Below are positions 37,437 to 47,874 of a stretch of 64,000 bases of DNA, one piece after another. The translations under genes were made by a program, and so were the position numbers. The notes under the pieces were generated by a model. The model saw nothing but the letters and a program-made list of their open reading frames with translations. It had not been told where the DNA came from and searched no databases. How positions within the stretch are numbered: position 1 is the first letter of the stretch; each line of letters starts with the position of its first letter. The stretch spans positions 3,968,001-4,032,000 of the forward strand of contig OY760937.1 in the NCBI GenBank assembly GCA_963664225.1, read 5' to 3'. This DNA comes from Verrucomicrobiia bacterium. Its GTDB lineage: Bacteria; Verrucomicrobiota; Verrucomicrobiia; Limisphaerales; UBA1319.

Positions 37437-38582
37437 ATGAGATTATCTCGCGCTGCTGATTTCTGTTTTTCACCGTGTCGTGCCGTGATCTCCTTTCGCA
37501 TGCTGGTCGTTCTTGTCCTTGTGTTGGCGGGCTTGCCTCCCGCCCAGGCAGATCCGAAGTCCACAGTGGCTAATCCTGGCGATGACGGGGATGCTTGTGG
37601 GCGCACAGTCCTTGGTGTCAAAGGCACTCAATTTACCGTCAATGGCCAGGCCTCGTTTCTGCTTGGCGCCAGTTATTATGGCGGTCTGGGAGCGCCTGAA
37701 CACTTCGTCCGTCAGGACTTGAGCGATCTGAAGCGAGACGGTTTCAACTGGATTCGGGTCTGGGCCAATTGGGGCGCTTCTGAAAATAATGTGTCCGCCT
37801 TCGATTCGGACGGCAATGCGCGCGAACCCTTTCTCGCCAGATTACAGTGGCTGGTGGCGGAATGCGATCAGCGGGGAATGCTGGTCGATGTCACCTTGTC
37901 CCGGGGCGACAGCGGTGCGGGCCAACCCCGATTGCTGGGGCTTGTGGCACATCGTCGGGCGGTGGAAACGGTCGTAACCGCCTTGAAAACCCACCGCAAC
38001 TGGTATCTCGATCTCTCGAACGAAAGGAATGTCGGAGACAAACGATTTACGAGCATGGACGAATTGAAGGATCTTCGGCAACTGGCGCGCCGGCTTGATC
38101 CCGATCTTCTGGTGACAGCCTCCCACGGTAGTGACATTGAACCGGAGGAGTTGGCCGGTTATTTGAAGACGGTGGGCGTTGATTTCATTGCCCCGCATCG
38201 GCCACGGGACAAACGTTCGCCTGAACAAACGGAGGCAACGACCAAGGATTATTTGAGCCGGATGCGTGATTTGGGCCGCATAGTGCCGGTGCTCTACCAG
38301 GAACCTTTCCGCCGCGGTTACGGCAATTGGCAGCCTGTGGCGGAAGATTTTCTGACCGATGCGCGCGGGGCTTTGGCTGGTGGCGCGGCAGGGTGGTGTT
38401 TTCATAACGGCAGTGGCGGGCCTAAAGGAGATGACCAACCGCGTTCATTTGATCTGCGGGCGAAACGTTTGTTCGAGCAGTTGGATGCGCAGGAGCAAAA
38501 GGCCGTTCAGTGTTTGCGGAACGGGGTTAGACAGACTCCGAATCCACGGACTGGAGGCTCTTCCGAAGAGCGGAATAAATAA
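37437..38582 (+). CDS. Secreted clan GH-A (GH5-like) TIM-barrel glycoside hydrolase
   Basis: FTVNG, GFNWIRVW, DLSNE, YQEP, GWCFH; start uncertain (37395-37500). Confidence 0.7.
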   Translation: MRLSRAADFCFSPCRAVISFRMLVVLVLVLAGLPPAQADPKSTVANPGDDGDACGRTVLGVKGTQFTVNGQASFLLGASYYGGLGAPEHFVRQDLSDLKRDGFNWIRVWANWGASENNVSAFDSDGNAREPFLARLQWLVAECDQRGMLVDVTLSRGDSGAGQPRLLGLVAHRRAVETVVTALKTHRNWYLDLSNERNVGDKRFTSMDELKDLRQLARRLDPDLLVTASHGSDIEPEELAGYLKTVGVDFIAPHRPRDKRSPEQTEATTKDYLSRMRDLGRIVPVLYQEPFRRGYGNWQPVAEDFLTDARGALAGGAAGWCFHNGSGGPKGDDQPRSFDLRAKRLFEQLDAQEQKAVQCLRNGVRQTPNPRTGGSSEERNK

Positions 38583-38595
38583 GCGTCCGACACTG

Positions 38596-38627
38596 ACTCC
38601 GTCCCCGCAGAAGTGGGACGGAGTTTT
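38596..38627 (+). terminator. Hairpin terminator between convergent genes
   Basis: ACTCCGTCCC-9 nt-GGGACGGAGT followed by TTT. Confidence 0.65.
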
Positions 38628-38661
38628 ACGCATCGGTAGAACCCATTTGCGTCCGCCTGCT

Positions 38662-40626
38662 TTACCGGATCTTCACCAGCACCACGCCGTGACGCGGCAC
38701 GGCGGTCTGGAAGGCCTGGTTGAATGAGCCCAAATCCTGCTGGCGCCACAGGTCGCGCACAACATGATTGCCCTTCAACCCCAGGGCGGTCCATTTGACG
38801 GTGACCGCGGTGGTCAACTCGCCGCGATTGAACAGGCCAACCGCCTTGGAGCCATCCTCCAAATCCCGGCTCCAGACTTCGAGGTCGCCATCCTTGGCGA
38901 TGCGCCGTCCGGGGCGGCCCAGGCTGTCCTGATCGACTTCGATCACCTCGTCGTTGGTGAGGAGGCTCAGGGTGAAGTCGTCCATGCGCGTGATGTCGCC
39001 GCTGAAGATGAGCGGGGCCGCCACAAGAGACCACAGCGAGACATGGGTGTATTGCTCATTGGGGGTGAGCGGGGTCATGGCGGTCTGCCCCTTCCAGTTG
39101 CTCAGATAGCCGAGCAATAAATAATCGGGATCGTTCCAACCGCCGGGGCCTCCAAAGCGGTGCAAGTCGTTTCGTGAATACACATCGAAGCCGTCGCGGA
39201 ATATTCCCGTGCCAATGCCTTCAAAGGACAGGCCCAGATCGCCGGCGGTGCGCCAGCTATGACCGCCGGTGCTCTTGCCCCATTCCCATACGTTCCCCAT
39301 TCCATACTGGCAGAGGTTGAGAACGATGTCGCGCTTTTGCTCCTTGAGCAGGCGGCCCATGACGTCGTAGGGTTTACGGAAATCGGCCACCGTGCCGCCC
39401 TTGGCGATGCTACCATAGGAACACCAATCGTGTTTGAGAAAATCGAATCCCCATTCCGCGTAGCGCTGCGCATCAAGGGCCTCGTGTTCCCAGGCGCCCA
39501 GGTGTCCGGCGCAGGTCGTTGGTCCAGGCGAGGTGTAAATACCCGCCTTGAGTCCCTTGGTGTGAATGTAATCGGTCAGGGCCTTCATGTCAGGGAAACG
39601 CCGGTTTGAGTTGATGCGACCCTGGGCGTCGCGCGGTTCGCCTCCCAGCGAGGCATCATCCGAGCCGGGCTTGACCGCCCAGCAATCGTCAATATTCACA
39701 TACATGTAGCCGTGATCGATCATGCCGCTGCGCTCCATGGCGTCGGCCGCCTCGCGCATGATCTTGTCGGTGACATGGCCTTCCCACACATACCAACTGT
39801 TCCAGCCCATGTGCGGTGTCAGGGCCAGGGTCTGGCCACAGGCAATCTTGAATTTGCTGCGGGCGGCTCCCAGGTTGTTGGACACCTTGAAGGTGACCCA
39901 ATAATCGCCCGCCTTGGCCACGGTTCCCGAGATGATTCCCGTGGTTTCGTCCACGCTCAAACCTTTCGGCAGATCGGAGACCGCGTAGCGCAAAGGCCTT
40001 TCGCCGGTGGCGGGAATTTTATAGAGGAACGGCGAACCCGGGCGCACGCCGAATATTTTCGGGCCATTGATCCTGGGTTTGGGCGAGGGCTTCGGGGTGA
40101 GGATCACGGCTTCCTCGATCGGGGCAAAAACGGTCCGTGGCGTTTCTCCGGTCACGGCGAATTGCGCGGTCAGCCAGTCGGCGTGGCAGAAGTCGATGGC
40201 GCCGCTGACCGATTGCGCGAGAAGTGTCAGCATTTTTACGCCGCGCAGTGGTAGATTCACGGGTGCGGCCTGATCGCCCTTCTTCAACTCGGGGCTGTGC
40301 CAGAGGAGAATTCCATCTGCATAAACGCGGAAGACGATGGCGGAGCCTGCGCTCTTTGCATTGTCGTCCACGCCGCACAAGGCGCTGAATGCCTCGGTTC
40401 CGCCGTTCAACTCGACATAAATCCTGCTTTCCGCGTGTGTGCCCACGCCGTGTGCGAATTTCAGACCGCCAACGCTCAATGGTGTTTGGGTCACCGACTG
40501 GTCCGCCTGAGCGGTGCCCCAGCCTTGTGTCACTTTGGCCAAGTCCAGGGAGGAGAGCCAGATTTTGTCCGCGGCCTGCGCCGCGCAAGCCACGACGAGC
40601 AGGATGGAGAGATACAGGATTTTCAT
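38662..40626 (-). CDS. GH27 alpha-galactosidase with NPCBM and Ig-like domains
   Basis: TPHMGWNSW, NIDDCW, FLKHDWC, WRTAGD, WNDPDYL; NPCBM HGVGTHA. Confidence 0.92.
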   Translation of the reverse strand: MKILYLSILLVVACAAQAADKIWLSSLDLAKVTQGWGTAQADQSVTQTPLSVGGLKFAHGVGTHAESRIYVELNGGTEAFSALCGVDDNAKSAGSAIVFRVYADGILLWHSPELKKGDQAAPVNLPLRGVKMLTLLAQSVSGAIDFCHADWLTAQFAVTGETPRTVFAPIEEAVILTPKPSPKPRINGPKIFGVRPGSPFLYKIPATGERPLRYAVSDLPKGLSVDETTGIISGTVAKAGDYWVTFKVSNNLGAARSKFKIACGQTLALTPHMGWNSWYVWEGHVTDKIMREAADAMERSGMIDHGYMYVNIDDCWAVKPGSDDASLGGEPRDAQGRINSNRRFPDMKALTDYIHTKGLKAGIYTSPGPTTCAGHLGAWEHEALDAQRYAEWGFDFLKHDWCSYGSIAKGGTVADFRKPYDVMGRLLKEQKRDIVLNLCQYGMGNVWEWGKSTGGHSWRTAGDLGLSFEGIGTGIFRDGFDVYSRNDLHRFGGPGGWNDPDYLLLGYLSNWKGQTAMTPLTPNEQYTHVSLWSLVAAPLIFSGDITRMDDFTLSLLTNDEVIEVDQDSLGRPGRRIAKDGDLEVWSRDLEDGSKAVGLFNRGELTTAVTVKWTALGLKGNHVVRDLWRQQDLGSFNQAFQTAVPRHGVVLVKIR

Positions 40627-40721
40627 GATGCGCGCAGCTTAACAAATTCCGCGCTAGATGTCCACGTCGTCGTAGGCGGGATCAAAACTCAAGCGGCCTT
40701 CAAGAAGCAATGCTGTACATG

Positions 40722-40755
40722 AAAAAGGCGGAGAAGAACCGAATCATCTCCGCCT
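40722..40755 (-). terminator. Intrinsic terminator of the cytochrome gene
   Basis: AGGCGGAGA...TCTCCGCCT followed by a T tract on the minus strand. Confidence 0.7.
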
Positions 40756-40774
40756 GTGAATTGAACACTATTAA

Positions 40775-43114
40775 TTACTCCGGATCGGGTCTGGGCGCCC
40801 GCAGATACGGCGGCACATAAGGATTGGATATGGAGTGGACCTTTGCCGCGCTGAAGTCTGACTTGGCGCCGTGGCAGAGGGTACAGGTCTCCCTTTCATC
40901 GCCACTCCATGGATCGACCAGTGTCGGATCCGCAGTCATGATGGTAGCGTGCGCCTGAGCCACATCGCTGTCATGGCAGGCCAGGCAGGCGACGCGGGAA
41001 GGTTTTTCATTCCAACTCGACGAGATATGGCACTTGGTGCAGTTGCGAATATCCTGAGGGAATATTACGCGCGAGAGTGAGCCGCCGGAAACGACTTCAT
41101 CCGGTTTGGCCAGGTAATTTCCAAAGTGGATGCCATGCACGCGGCGGTTCAGCGGTGAAACACCAAATCCGCTCTGTGAGTCTGTCCAATTGGTCTTACC
41201 GGTAAACTGGTTCATGTTGTCATGGCAGCTCTTGCAGATGTCAGGAATCAAGGGGACCGCGCGGGAAGTTGCATGCATTCTCGCATCCCCATGGCAATCC
41301 GTGCAATTCCCAGCCACTACAGGCTCAATATTCGTCGTGCCAACCTGGAAGTTGATATAGGCCCAACCTCCGGGGAAGGCTTGAGGCATGATGTCCGCAA
41401 AGACCGTGTAGGTGCCTGCGGCCAGATTGGTCACATCATCCAGTTGGTAAATGATGGCGGTGTCTGTGCGGGTGATTCTTGGATCGCGTTTGGAGGCGGA
41501 GCGCATGAACCGAAGCTCATTATTGGCATAGCTGGCCGACGGAACAGCGATATCAGCCGCAGTGGTCAGCACGGGCACGGTGTCGGCACGCGGTCCAGAT
41601 ACGAACAGGTTGGCCCGTTTCCATTCATTCGGCTGGACATTGGTTGAAACCAGGGGATCCACCATGTTGGTGGGGTTAATCACAGTGCCGGAGGCAATAT
41701 CGGTCACCTGGATGCTAACGGTGGGTTTTTCGCCCGCAATGTAGAATTTGCCGTTCGCGGGAGTGCTCATGGTCAACGTCACCTTATCCTGGAAATTGGG
41801 AGGGACGACTTGGGACACATGGTTTTCAGTGATTGAATCTGAATCATGGCAGGCCGAGCAACGCGAATCATCGTTGCGCTGACCACCGCCATGAAGCACG
41901 CGGCCCGGAGGCAGCGTGGCCGCCGATCCGAACCAGGTATTATCATGGCAACTGCCGCAAGCCATCCGAGTGGGGGCTGTTTTCCAAACGTCAGTTTTAT
42001 GACAGACGGTGCAGTTGCGGACGTCTGCGGGGAAAGCCAGATGTGTGTAGTCCCGGAAATTACCGGTGACTTCATTGGTGTTGAAATCCGAAGTCAATAG
42101 TTCGCCCATATGCACGCCATGGACCCGGAGCACAATCGCATCGGACACTTTGCCGCCAGTAACCGAGGCATCACTATAGGAAGCATAGCCATCGTTGTTA
42201 TGGCAGAGTTTGCAGGAACGAACCGGCTCCATGTCGTAGCTCCAACTGCCAAGGGATGTTCCACTGGGATCGATATGGTGCAAGTAAATCTTGCCGCTGA
42301 TGGTGCCTTTATGGCAGGGGATGCAACTGGTCTTTTCCACCACTTGAGCTTCCGGAACATTTGTGCCGATCTGGATATCGACATATTTCATGATCTGCTG
42401 GAGGGCATCGGTGCCCAGCACCGCGCGCACGCATAAGGAATAAGTGCCCGGGGCTTCATCGGTCACCGGTTGCAGGGCGTAGGTCAGCGTGGTGCCATTA
42501 ATCTGAACATTGGGATTGGTCTTCAGGTTGACGAAATGGTGTGGGGTCTTGGTTCGGTCTCCCGTTACATTCAACAATTTTAGCGCGGTCACCGTTTTTA
42601 TCGGATCCTGTGGGCCATCCATATAAAGATTGAAGGTGGCAAGCTGGTCCTTGGTGATTCCCTGCGCAAAGTTGTCCAGAATGGTCATTGTAACAACAGG
42701 GGCTTCACCAACGACGAAATGGGTTCCATTGGCCGGGGTGGATGCCTTGATCAGGACATTCCATCCCTTTAATTCCGCAATGACCTGATCTTCGCTGAGC
42801 ACGCGGTAAAAGGCGGCCTGGTCATACCCCATGGGAAACATGGCGATATAGACCCCCGGTTGAATCTGCGAAACACGGGCGTCTGTAATGTCAGTCCATG
42901 GTGTATTGGTATCAACCGAAGTGCGGCTCTGGATACGGAAAGGCCCGGCGGAACCCCGGAACGTGATCATCGTATCGCCGGCCTGTGGCTTGGACAGGGA
43001 GAGGATATTCGGTGCTGCCGGGGGTGAGACTTGCGCCGAGAGCTTTCCTGGAAGCCCCAGCGATATAACCAGCGAAAGCGCGGTTAATCCTGTGGTCAAT
43101 GCACGTGTTATCAT
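40775..43114 (-). CDS. Decaheme c-type cytochrome, OmcA/MtrC family
   Basis: Ten CxxCH motifs (CIPCH, CKLCH, CTVCH, CGSCH, CSACH, CTDCH, CKSCH, CTKCH, CLACH, CTLCH) in two groups of five; signal peptide from ATG 43114. Confidence 0.88.
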   Translation of the reverse strand: MITRALTTGLTALSLVISLGLPGKLSAQVSPPAAPNILSLSKPQAGDTMITFRGSAGPFRIQSRTSVDTNTPWTDITDARVSQIQPGVYIAMFPMGYDQAAFYRVLSEDQVIAELKGWNVLIKASTPANGTHFVVGEAPVVTMTILDNFAQGITKDQLATFNLYMDGPQDPIKTVTALKLLNVTGDRTKTPHHFVNLKTNPNVQINGTTLTYALQPVTDEAPGTYSLCVRAVLGTDALQQIMKYVDIQIGTNVPEAQVVEKTSCIPCHKGTISGKIYLHHIDPSGTSLGSWSYDMEPVRSCKLCHNNDGYASYSDASVTGGKVSDAIVLRVHGVHMGELLTSDFNTNEVTGNFRDYTHLAFPADVRNCTVCHKTDVWKTAPTRMACGSCHDNTWFGSAATLPPGRVLHGGGQRNDDSRCSACHDSDSITENHVSQVVPPNFQDKVTLTMSTPANGKFYIAGEKPTVSIQVTDIASGTVINPTNMVDPLVSTNVQPNEWKRANLFVSGPRADTVPVLTTAADIAVPSASYANNELRFMRSASKRDPRITRTDTAIIYQLDDVTNLAAGTYTVFADIMPQAFPGGWAYINFQVGTTNIEPVVAGNCTDCHGDARMHATSRAVPLIPDICKSCHDNMNQFTGKTNWTDSQSGFGVSPLNRRVHGIHFGNYLAKPDEVVSGGSLSRVIFPQDIRNCTKCHISSSWNEKPSRVACLACHDSDVAQAHATIMTADPTLVDPWSGDERETCTLCHGAKSDFSAAKVHSISNPYVPPYLRAPRPDPE

Positions 43115-43492
43115 GGTTACGGTTGCTGTATTAGCGTTAACTTTCCTGCATTCTTCCTGGCCGGGAGTGGCAAGTGTTTCCATATCCAGTCGCGGTCTCA
43201 AAAATCCAGCGTTGAAAAAATCTTTCATGCGCTCTCGGAATCTGAAAAATGCTTCCCCCAAGATGAACCAAAACCACCCGATGGATCAAATGAATAGAAT
43301 CACCCAATGTTGTCTTATTTTAAGCATTAATTGCCATCCGCGCTAATGGATATATAAGCAACACTTACTCAACTTGAGTATAAAGAGTAAATGTTTTAAT
43401 AATACGTAAAACTGATGGATAGACGCCGTTGCTTTCACCAAATAAAAAAATCAGATCGGCGTGACCGCCACGGCGGCGGTGCTGGCGCGCAC

Positions 43493-44887
43493 TTAAATGG
43501 TCACTTTTTGCCGGGGTGTGGGCACCACGACTTCGGACTTGGGTTTGGCCACTCGCAGGGTTTCCGCAAAGGCCAGGGACTGGGTTTCCTCGCCGTGAAT
43601 GACGAAGATTTTCTTGATGCTGCCATCCATGCGGTTGACGTAGCCAAGCAGCTCATTCTTATCCGCATGACCGGAAAAGGAATCGATGCTTTCGACGCGC
43701 GCATTGACCGTGTAAGGTTCGCCGAAGATGTTCACCACCTTCCTGCGCTCGAGGATTTGGGCCCCCAAAGTATTCTCCGCGCAATAGCCGATGAAGAGAA
43801 CAAGGTTGGCGGAATTGCCGATGTGGTTCTTGAGGTGATGCCGGATGCGCCCGGCTTCGCACATTCCCGAGGCGCTTATGATGATGGCCGGCTCCTTGAG
43901 ATCGTTTAGCTTCATCGAATGGGCCAGTTCCCGGATGTAGGTCAGGTTCTCCATGCCAAAGGGATTGGATTTTTCGCGAAGGAATTTGTAAATGTCGTCG
44001 TTGAAACATTCCGGGTGGAGCCGGTAAACCTCGGTGGCGTTCACGCTCAAGGGGCTGTCCACATAAATGGGGATCTTTGGCAAACGTCCCGCGTCGGTGA
44101 GTTGGTGCAGGGTATAGACGATGTCCTGGGTGCGACCGACGGAAAAGGAGGGGATGATGATCATTCCGTTATGTTCGAGCGTTTCGCTCACGTAACGGCA
44201 GACCTGCTCGCTGGCGCCCGGCTTGGACTCATGCTCACGCGCGCCGTAGGTGCTCTCGACTTGCAGATAATCCACACCCTCGACCGGCTGGGGATCGCGC
44301 AGGATTTCATCCCCGCCGCGGCCCACATCCCCGGAAAAGAGGTAGCGCAGTTTGCGTCCGTTTTCGTTCACATCGAGCACGACCTGGGCTGAGCCCAGGA
44401 TGTGGCCCGCATCCTGAAAAGTAAGAGTGACTCCATCGGCCACGGGAATGGGCCGGTCGTAATTCAGCGAAATAAACTGGCGCACCGCTTTCTCCGCGTC
44501 CGTGGCGCTATACAGCGGCTGCACGGGCGGCAGACCCTGTTTGGCCCGTTTGCGGGAGACGAATTCCGCATCCGCCTTTTGGATCTCGGCGGAGTCCTCG
44601 AGCATGATGCTCGCCAGGTCACGCGTGGCGAAGGTGCAATAGATGCTTCCGGAATACCCCTGGCGGCAGAGATTTGGGAGGTTGCCGCAATGGTCCATGT
44701 GCGCGTGACTGAGGATCACGGCGGACAGGTCACGGGCGTCGAACGGAAAATTCCGGTTCCGTTCGATCGATTCTTCACGCCGGCCTTGATACAGGCCGCA
44801 GTCCAACAGAATCCGCCGCCGGTTGACCTCCAGCAAATACATGGAACCGGTGGTCGTTCGAGTTGCCCCAAGGAATTGAATTTGCAT
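43493..44887 (-). CDS. MBL-fold beta-CASP metallo-hydrolase (probable RNase)
   Basis: LSHAHMDHCG, AGHILGS, ESTYG, SGMCEAGRI, FSGHAD, HGE. Confidence 0.92.
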   Translation of the reverse strand: MQIQFLGATRTTTGSMYLLEVNRRRILLDCGLYQGRREESIERNRNFPFDARDLSAVILSHAHMDHCGNLPNLCRQGYSGSIYCTFATRDLASIMLEDSAEIQKADAEFVSRKRAKQGLPPVQPLYSATDAEKAVRQFISLNYDRPIPVADGVTLTFQDAGHILGSAQVVLDVNENGRKLRYLFSGDVGRGGDEILRDPQPVEGVDYLQVESTYGAREHESKPGASEQVCRYVSETLEHNGMIIIPSFSVGRTQDIVYTLHQLTDAGRLPKIPIYVDSPLSVNATEVYRLHPECFNDDIYKFLREKSNPFGMENLTYIRELAHSMKLNDLKEPAIIISASGMCEAGRIRHHLKNHIGNSANLVLFIGYCAENTLGAQILERRKVVNIFGEPYTVNARVESIDSFSGHADKNELLGYVNRMDGSIKKIFVIHGEETQSLAFAETLRVAKPKSEVVVPTPRQKVTI

Positions 44888-44977
44888 GGGACAACAATGC
44901 CCAAAACCCATCGGACGGCAAGCACTTGTGTGTGCGTTGCTTTTTGAAAATGACGCGCCGCTGGGAGTGGGCTGCGA

Positions 44978-45193
44978 TTACTGCCGGAATGTGATACGCG
45001 CCCGGTTCATGTCATAGGGGGACATCTCCACGCGGACATTATCGCCGACACTGATGCGAATGAAATTTTTGCGCATCTTGCCGGAAATATGGGCCAATAC
45101 TTCATGGCCATTCGGCAGAGCCACGCGAAACATCGTGCCCGGCAATACTTGAGTAACTGCACCTGTAATTTCAATCGGTTCTTCTTTAGCCAT
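44978..45193 (-). CDS. infA: Translation initiation factor IF-1
   Basis: MAKEE...[25 protein letters not shown]. Confidence 0.97.
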   Translation of the reverse strand: MAKEEPIEITGAVTQVLPGTMFRVALPNGHEVLAHISGKMRKNFIRISVGDNVRVEMSPYDMNRARITFRQ

Positions 45194-45668
45194 GCTTCCC
45201 GCCTGTTTTTGCTTCATGCTCCCGGCCTACCTAACCAAAATAGCCGGAATGGCTTTCACGGTTTCTCAAACGTGAACAATGCCAATGTGCTCGTTTTCCG
45301 TTTCCAATTCAATCTGAAAACGGCAGGCGGAAAAAGCCGGACCGAGAAGGCATTTTTCAAAGTTGGGGAAATCAGGTGGAGGCGCTGAGGCTCGAATAGA
45401 AAACGCAGAAAATAAATACTTAGGCACTGAGTTGGAAATACTAAAAGATACGAAGCAGAAATTGCAAAACTGCCTGACGAAAACAGAGGAATCGCGGAAG
45501 GGATTTTGTATGGAGCGTGCAATCATCATACTGTTAAGGACCGACGATCAAAAAATGCCAATGCGAATCCTGTAACAAATCCGTTCCCCAGTGTGTTTGT
45601 GTTTGAGTAGTGCGATGAGTGGCCGATGGCCTTCTGGTGCGCAGACAACGATTAACGACAAGGTAATT

Positions 45669-47126
45669 ATGACAAAGGCATTCAATAAAATAATTCATCA
45701 ATTTGCAGGTGCTGGCCTATGCGCACTGGTGATTTTCAGCACGATCGGCATCGGATGCTCGCCCTCGAGGACCACGGAGTCTTCCCGGGTTACAGGCACC
45801 TGGCTCGGTAAAATCATTGTTCCAGGACTTGAACTGAGGACAGGCTTTATCATCAGGCAAACAACCAATGGAACCCTGGGTGGAACTCTGAGCAGCATCG
45901 ATCAGGGCGCGATGAATATTCCGCTGGATGAAGTCATTTGCACCAATAACCATCTAACAATCTCATTGCAGGCCATGCGGGCCAGCTTCGAAGGCACGGT
46001 TGAGGCCGATGGCAAAACCATTAATGGCAAATGGAAGCAAGGTGGTGGGGAATTGCCCCTGGCGCTGCAGAGAGTCGCCAAACTGCCTGAATTGAATCGA
46101 CCTCAAACTCCCACCAAACCCCATCCTTATCGGGAGGAGGAGGTGCGGTTCCAGAACAGCAGGGCAGCCATTACCCTGGCTGGCACATTGACTCTGCCCA
46201 AGTCTCAGGGACCTTTCCCCGCTGTGATTCTGCTGACCGGTTCGGGCCCTCAAAATCGGGATGAAGAGTTGTTTCAACACAAGCCCTTTCTGGTCCTTTC
46301 CGATTACCTGACACGACGAGGCATTGCGGTGTTGCGCATGGATGACCGGGGTGTCGGTGGTTCGACTGGAGATTTTTTCGCTGCAACGACGGGTGATTTT
46401 GCCGAAGATGCCCTGGCTGGTGTTGCATTTCTCAAGAGCCGCAAAGAAATTAAACCGGATGGGATTGGATTGGTCGGCCACAGTGAAGGTGGCATGATGG
46501 CTCCGATTGCCGCGGCTCAATCTCGGGATGTGGGTTTTGTCGTCATGCTGGCCGGAACGGGCGTGCCATTCGGTGAAGTTGTGGTCGGCCAGATTACGGG
46601 GGAAATTCGAAGGCAGGGAGCGCCAAATGAGGTGGTTGAGGCGATTCGCGCCTGGCACCTGAAGATGTACGAGATTGTGGGCAAGGCCACCGATGATGCA
46701 ACGGCTGAAAAAGAACTCCGAAATGCCTTCAATGCCCTCGATGCAAATGCCAGGCAAAGGATCGATTGGACACCCGCAAAACTGGATCAGGAATTGCCGG
46801 GCCTCTTGAAGCCTTGGTGGCGATATGCCATGCGCTACTCACCGAAAACCACTCTGGAACAGGTGAGGTGCCCGGTGCTCGCCCTGAATGGGAGCAAGGA
46901 CACCCAGGTGATTGCCGCGGATAATCTCAAATCGATCACAGAGGCGCTCAAAGTTGGCCGCAACAGCCATTCGGCCACCAGGGAATTATCAGGGCTGAAT
47001 CACATGTTTCAAACGGCCCAGACAGGCGCCGAATCCGAATACGTTCAAATCGAGGAAACGATGGCTCCGGTGGCGATGCAGACGCTTGGCGATTGGATTC
47101 TCCAATTGCCTTGCACCTCCAACTAA
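45669..47126 (+). CDS. Alpha/beta-hydrolase, probable lipoprotein
   Basis: Lipobox-like IGIGC; GSGPQNRD, DDRGVG, GHSEGG, GSKDTQV, LNHMFQ. Confidence 0.88.
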   Translation: MTKAFNKIIHQFAGAGLCALVIFSTIGIGCSPSRTTESSRVTGTWLGKIIVPGLELRTGFIIRQTTNGTLGGTLSSIDQGAMNIPLDEVICTNNHLTISLQAMRASFEGTVEADGKTINGKWKQGGGELPLALQRVAKLPELNRPQTPTKPHPYREEEVRFQNSRAAITLAGTLTLPKSQGPFPAVILLTGSGPQNRDEELFQHKPFLVLSDYLTRRGIAVLRMDDRGVGGSTGDFFAATTGDFAEDALAGVAFLKSRKEIKPDGIGLVGHSEGGMMAPIAAAQSRDVGFVVMLAGTGVPFGEVVVGQITGEIRRQGAPNEVVEAIRAWHLKMYEIVGKATDDATAEKELRNAFNALDANARQRIDWTPAKLDQELPGLLKPWWRYAMRYSPKTTLEQVRCPVLALNGSKDTQVIAADNLKSITEALKVGRNSHSATRELSGLNHMFQTAQTGAESEYVQIEETMAPVAMQTLGDWILQLPCTSN

Positions 47127-47241
47127 AGACGCATTGAGTGATTGTGGCGTCAAATGGGCGCAATGATTTAACTCAAGACGGCAGGGGATGACGATTCGTC
47201 CAGACAAGCATCAACTCCTGCCGTTCTAATGTTGATGAGAA

Positions 47242-47706
47242 TTATCTGCTCGCCTTCCCGGTGAGCGCGTCGATCGAGATTTTGTACACACTGACTTTGT
47301 TCTCGTAACTTTCGATCATTTTCATCCCGCTTTCCATGTGGCCCGGCGAATACTTTTTCAACACTTCAATCAACGCCTTTTGCTTCTCAGCGCCGAGCAT
47401 TTCAGTGGCTTTTCCAAACACAATGGCGCTGTCATATTTTGAAGTGAACTTATCGGGCAGGACCTGCGTTTTACCCACCACGGTGAACGAGACCTTTTTA
47501 TTCGCCTTGATGTTCTCAATTTTGTGCCCCTCGGCCGCGCAGTGAAAATAGATGGCATCGTTCACATAACAATAATTGAGCGGCAGGCCATAGGGTTGCC
47601 CGTCTGCGGATGCAGTGGATAAAATTCCATACTCACCCTTCTGCAGGATGGCTTTGGCTTCATTCTCCGAGATGGCCCGGTCGGCGCGCCTGATTTTGTG
47701 TTCCAT
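47242..47706 (-). CDS. Pyridoxamine 5'-phosphate oxidase family flavin-binding protein (NimA-like)
   Basis: RRADR, GQPYGLPLNY, IYFHCA.EGHK, KVSFTV. Confidence 0.88.
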   Translation of the reverse strand: MEHKIRRADRAISENEAKAILQKGEYGILSTASADGQPYGLPLNYCYVNDAIYFHCAAEGHKIENIKANKKVSFTVVGKTQVLPDKFTSKYDSAIVFGKATEMLGAEKQKALIEVLKKYSPGHMESGMKMIESYENKVSVYKISIDALTGKASR

Positions 47707-47874
47707 AAAGTATCCCCTCTCAACAGGGGAAACGTAACGGGTTTCGATTGGTGTTTCCCGCGAGACTTATCCGATTATGCAATGCAGGGCAAGACTTGCC
47801 TGAATTACTTTGACCGGCCCACGAAGCGACCGGCGGGGTTGCGCAAATACCCGCCGATCGCCTATTACACTGCG

